Below are positions 59,651 to 64,000 of a stretch of DNA of 64,000 bases, in pieces; position 1 is the stretch's first letter, and each line of letters begins with the position of its first letter. Position numbers and translations under genes: made by a program. Origin of the DNA: an uncultured delta proteobacterium (lineage in GTDB: Bacteria; Myxococcota_A; Polyangia; Polyangiales; Polyangiaceae); the NCBI GenBank assembly GCA_963716725.1, contig CAVQUB010000005.1, forward strand, positions 256,001-320,000, read 5' to 3'. The notes under the pieces were generated by a model, which was not told the origin of the DNA, did not search any database, and saw only the letters and a list, made by a program, of their open reading frames with translations.

Positions 59651-62600
59651 TCAGAGCTCCTTCAGCAGAGCGACGAGCGCCCGGAGTTCCTCGCCGTCGG
59701 TCACCTCTCGGAGCGAGCGGTTCACCTCCGACAGCGCGTGCGCGGCGAGCACGCACGACGCGCCGCGGTCGCCAGCTCTGGAGAGCAGGGCCGCAGCGTT
59801 GGGCTGCGTGGGGCAGAGCATGAGACGTTTCGATTTCGTGTCGTAGCGCAGCGCTCGCTTGGAGCGCTTCACGAACAGCTCTTCGACGGGCGCGCCGGTG
59901 AGGTGCAGGTTCGTGACCAAGTCGAGTAGCGCACGGTGCTCGGCCCTGGTGGCCTCGACGGGCTCGTCGCCCAATGAGGTCGCTCTCAGCGCTGCCGTCA
60001 CCCGGCCCCACCACGAACCGTCGGCCGGCGCGTCGCCGGCGTTGGGCGGTACCAGCACCGGTGTGGGCGGTGGCAGCGCGGTGCTCTCCAGTGACAGGCC
60101 CGGCGCGCGCAGCCCCGCAAAGTGCCGGATCGCCCCCACCGGCGCGCGCAGCGCGAGCACGCGGGCCAGCGCCGAGCCTTCGGTCACGAAAAACTTGGGC
60201 AGCGCGCCCGGGAAGGAGCCGTCGGCGAATCCTCGCCCATCACTCGTCCACACCGTGCCGGTCGTCTGGAGCTCGCTGACCACGGCGGCCAGGTCGAGGG
60301 GCGTTCCGTCGGCCGCCACGACGAGAGGCGGTGACGAATCGAGCCCGAGCAGCGCGAGCGAGAATCGCGTGCTCGTCCACAGCAGGCGCGTTCGAGCCCT
60401 TCGCGCGCAGCTCCCGCAGCAGCTCGACGGCGACCTGCTCTCCCAGGGCGTTCAGGGCGTTCCAGGTGTAGGTCAGCGTGGCGAGCGTGGCGAGTGTCGA
60501 GCCGAGTTCGGCCGCGATGGCCTCGCTCCCTCCATCCGGCTCACCGACCCAGCGCACCAGCAGATCACCCTCGAGCGGGAGCGCCGTGCCGATGGCGCTC
60601 TTCTCGATCCGCGCCTCGAGACTGCGGACGATGGGTGCCGCCTGCTGCCCTGCGTACACCCGCACCCGGGGAGTTGCCGGAAAACCAGCTCCGAGCCAGA
60701 GCGCTCCAGTCACGCGAAAGCCTCGGATCTGAACCTCGTCGAGCCAACGGGACGCCAGAGCCTGCCCTGGCGCGAACACCCGCTGCAGCTCGGACCGAGC
60801 GCAGAGACGCGCTCGCTGCGAGAGCACGGGCAAGAGGGCGCGAAGGGCAGGCGCTTCGAAGTAGCGGTCGGGTTCGACGCTGTCGTCGTTCAACATCATC
60901 ACGAGCGGCCAGCCGTCTCCGGAGTCGAGGGGCGAGAGCGGTCGACGCATGACGTGCAGCGTTCCGCCCGCGAGTTCGGCCTGCGCTGGCAAGAGCACGC
61001 CCACCTCACCGGTGGTGCCCTCGACGTTGACCGGCGCCGTGACCAGGCAGGCCGCTCGCTGTTCGGTCGAGAGCAGCACGGTCGGGACCTGTGGCGCCGT
61101 CCGGCGCCGCTCGGCGTCGCGCATTCGCTCGATCTGAGCGTCGACGTTGACCAAGTCGAAGCTCGAAGCGAGCGCTTCGGCCTCGTTGAGCGTCAGCCGC
61201 AGCGTGAGGCCGTTCATCGGCGGGAAGGGGGGGGCCAGGCTGGTGAACTGCCAACGGTTCTCGGTCGCAAGGGCGGCAAGGCTGTGAAAGGTGCCAGCAG
61301 TGCCTTCGAACACCGGCGCTGCGGTCAGGCTCGCCTCTTCCCGCATGGACTCGCCCAGGCAGAGAACACGGCGCGCGGCACGTCGCACGAATGCGGGGAG
61401 CTGGTCGAACTCTCGGGCCGAGCTCACCACTATCTTCACGGCGGCGTCGTCGAGCTCCGAAACCAAGCGCTCTTTGACCCCCGCGACGTCGATGGCGTCG
61501 ACGCGGGCCACGGCTCTAAACGCGCACAGTGTCACGGGCATGAGGGTTTCGACGCGCCCGTCCAGCAGCAGCACGCTGACGCTGGCGTCCGCGCCCGCGA
61601 TGAGCTCGACCTCGCCGTCGCCCGAGCCGACGCCGAGCTCCCACAGCGCCTTGCGCAGCGCCGGATGGGCCGGCGCGCCAGCGAGCTTCGGCGCAGCGAC
61701 GGAGCTGCCCCCGCGTCGCTGCTGCAAGGCATCGAGCGCCGCGCTGACGTCGTCGAGGGTCGCCCCGAATCGGCCGAACAGCGCCGAGATCTGCGCGCCC
61801 GCGTCGCCGGCGGGCAGAAATAGGATGGGCCGGTCAAGCTCGGACGCGCGAGCGTCTTGCGACCGCCAACTGGGGTAGCGTCCCGTCCCGCACAGCATCC
61901 GTCCTTCGCGCAGGCTGAGTTGGCTCCAAGGAGCTTCGTCGCCTTGCACGGTAGGAAAGCGGAAGCTTTCACTAGCAAAGAGCTTTCGCAGCTGCTCGAC
62001 GGATCCAAAATCACAGAGCGCGAGGCAGAGCGCCAGCGCGCGCGGATCCGAGAGCAGCTGTCGCTGTTCCGCCAGGACATGGAGCAGCGCGATGCTCGCG
62101 GTCTGCAGTCGCGCGCCGATGCGCCCGAGACCTTCGCGGGTCGGCGCGCCGAAGTCGACGAAGTCGTCCGGCAGGTGAGAACTCAGATTGGCAACGATGG
62201 GCAGGCCCACTTCGCGCGCGAGGAGGCCGTGGACTGATCGGCCATCGAAACGCAAATCCACCCAAGCCGTAGCCAGAGAGAGCTCCCCGGGAGGCAGGGC
62301 CAGCGCGACTTCGAGATCGTTGGGTGAGTTCGCGTTGCGGGCTGCGGGTAGGTGAGCGACGACATCGCGTGCGCCGATACGCGCGCCGAAGTCCCGGATG
62401 TCCACCGCGGGCCGCGCGAGGACGGCCTGTTGGTCCAGCTCGAGCTTGGCCCGCGCACGCCGAGCCTTCAGCTCGGTCGCGGCGGCCGTTGCCCGTGGAA
62501 AGCGCCGGAGCAGAAGCTCGCGCTCGCGCTCGTGCCGGACGAGCACCGGAGCCCAGTCGCCGGTCGAAAAGCCGGGAGCGGCGTCGAGGAGCGGCAGCTT

Positions 62601-64000
62601 CTCCCCGTGCCTCGAGGCGGCCTCGGCGACGGATGTCTGGGACGGTGATCCGGAGGCGTCGAGGCTTTGCAAGATCGGGAGCGCCTCGATCCGGGCCAAC
62701 ATCGCCGACAGCTTTGGGTCGGGTGCTTTGTTCTCCGCTGCCCGAGACAAACGCAACCGCAGTGAGATGGCGTGGCCCAAGAGACAGAGAGAGAGCCCCA
62801 GGTCGTCGACGGGCTGCCCGAGGCCCATCCCCAGGGCTCGCCGCGATTCATCGTCGCCCTCGAGGGCCGCGACGGCCTTCTCGACGAAGCGCTGTTCGAC
62901 CCAGCCGCGGTAGCGCCTGCCCTTCCAGTGAGGCGCGGTCCAGTCCGCATTGGGAACGGTTCGTGGATCGTCCGTCGCCACGATCAGCGCGCAGAGCGCC
63001 TTCTCGCGAGTTTCGCGCAGGAGCACCACGCTCACGTGGCTCTCGATGTCGACCGCGACGATAGCGGGTGCGACCAGGACGATGGCGCCGTCGCGTTCCA
63101 GCCAGAGCTGCGCGGACCGTGGGGCGAGGCCTTGCTCCGCGCGCACCTCGCCGACGCTGCGAGCCAGGGCCACGCGACCGGATTCCTCCGCGGCTCCAAG
63201 GGCGTTCTCCGAGGACACTGCGCGCTGATAGGGGATGCGCGTCACCCGGTCCGGCAGCGCGGCGGCGATGGCCTCGGCTTCGAGGGCGGCGGCAACGAGC
63301 ACCGGACGCCCATCGGGTGCCGGCCGCGGAGGACCGCCTGGCGGACCGGGCACGACACACAGCGCCTTCTTCTCGCGGGCGTAGCTGGCGAGCGTCTGCA
63401 AGCTGACCCGACCGCCAGCCGTCGTGGCCAAGGCCTCTGCGCCGAACAACTGCGCATGGTCGCGGCTAAACTCGGTCGGGTCGGGCGCGAGCAGACCGAG
63501 GCGAGCAGGGACGACGCTCCAGGCGATGATCGCGTCTCGCAACACGCGTTCCAGTGCGCTCTGTTCGCGGCCCGAGAGCAGCGTCAGGCGCGCCGCTGCG
63601 CGATCGGCGATGCCGACGGCCAGCATGCTCACCGCGTGAAGCGTCTGGTTCAGGTGAGCGTCTCGCTCCACGCCGTCGTAGTCGAAGCGAGGCCTCAGTC
63701 CCGAAGGCCAGGCCACCGCCGCGTCGAAGGAAAGCGGGCACAAATCGGGCTCGACGACCACTGCCTCGAGCATGCGTCCTTCGACGAAGACCCTGAGCAG
63801 CGAGGGACCTGGCACGCCGAGGGGAGTCAGCAACACCAATTCGCCGGTCAGCCCCGCGGTGGGACCCGTGGTGAGCGAGAATCGCTCGCGCGCGAGCTCG
63901 CGGGGCGACGACGGTACCGTCGGAGCAGAGGCTGCATGAGCCAAGAAGCGGGCGCGGCGCGCGGCGCCCGCTCGGGCGCGCTTCAACAGCGTCGAAGCGT
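59651..64000 (-). CDS. Very large hypothetical protein (>1400 aa) with repeated modules; starts beyond the window; frameshift at ~60360
   Basis: The 1248-aa ORF and the 222-aa ORF join if 2 nt are restored near 60360 (ATT CTC [TC]G CTC GCG CTG...). Recurrent motifs P.F.T..G...SL..L and P..D/N(F/W/Y).. Confidence 0.68.

Overview
A GC-rich chromosomal segment whose content (romR next to valS, an SgmX-like TPR protein, a Hanks-type kinase, many Cys/Gly-rich lipoproteins) points to a myxobacterium (Myxococcota, probably Polyangiales; inference). Most of it is core genome: fadN fragment, fhs, thiolase, yajC-secD-secF, tRNA-Val(GAC)-thrS-infC, tRNA-Ala(GGC), tldD-regulator-pdxA, hrcA-cNMP protein-skp-lpxD-fabZ-lpxA, romR-valS, trxA and fabH. 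There are two accessory zones. The first (~0.8-4.8 kb) holds an IS630 element, a GxxExxY nuclease cassette, a vapC remnant and a nucleotidyltransferase pair. The second (~42-56 kb) holds secreted proteins and lipoproteins, a TMTC-like glycosyltransferase operon and a decaying redox islet. The most striking structure is nested. An IS630 element with clear terminal inverted repeats and a TA duplication (782-2511) sits in the fadN stop codon. Inside it, a GxxExxY PD-(D/E)xK nuclease gene is bracketed by its own 33/34-bp imperfect inverted repeat (2023-2055 / 2418-2451), suggesting a second, uncharacterised nuclease-plus-inverted-repeat unit. Also notable are eight DNA-identical 27-bp repeats inside the SgmX-like gene, a secreted Cys-rich HExxH protein coupled to a TMTC-like gene, a somatomedin-B-like domain in a lipoprotein, and an IF3 with a long acidic tail. 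Several essential genes (thrS twice, valS, secD) carry single-base frameshifts, so the assembly probably contains indel errors and all frameshift-based pseudogene calls need read-level confirmation.
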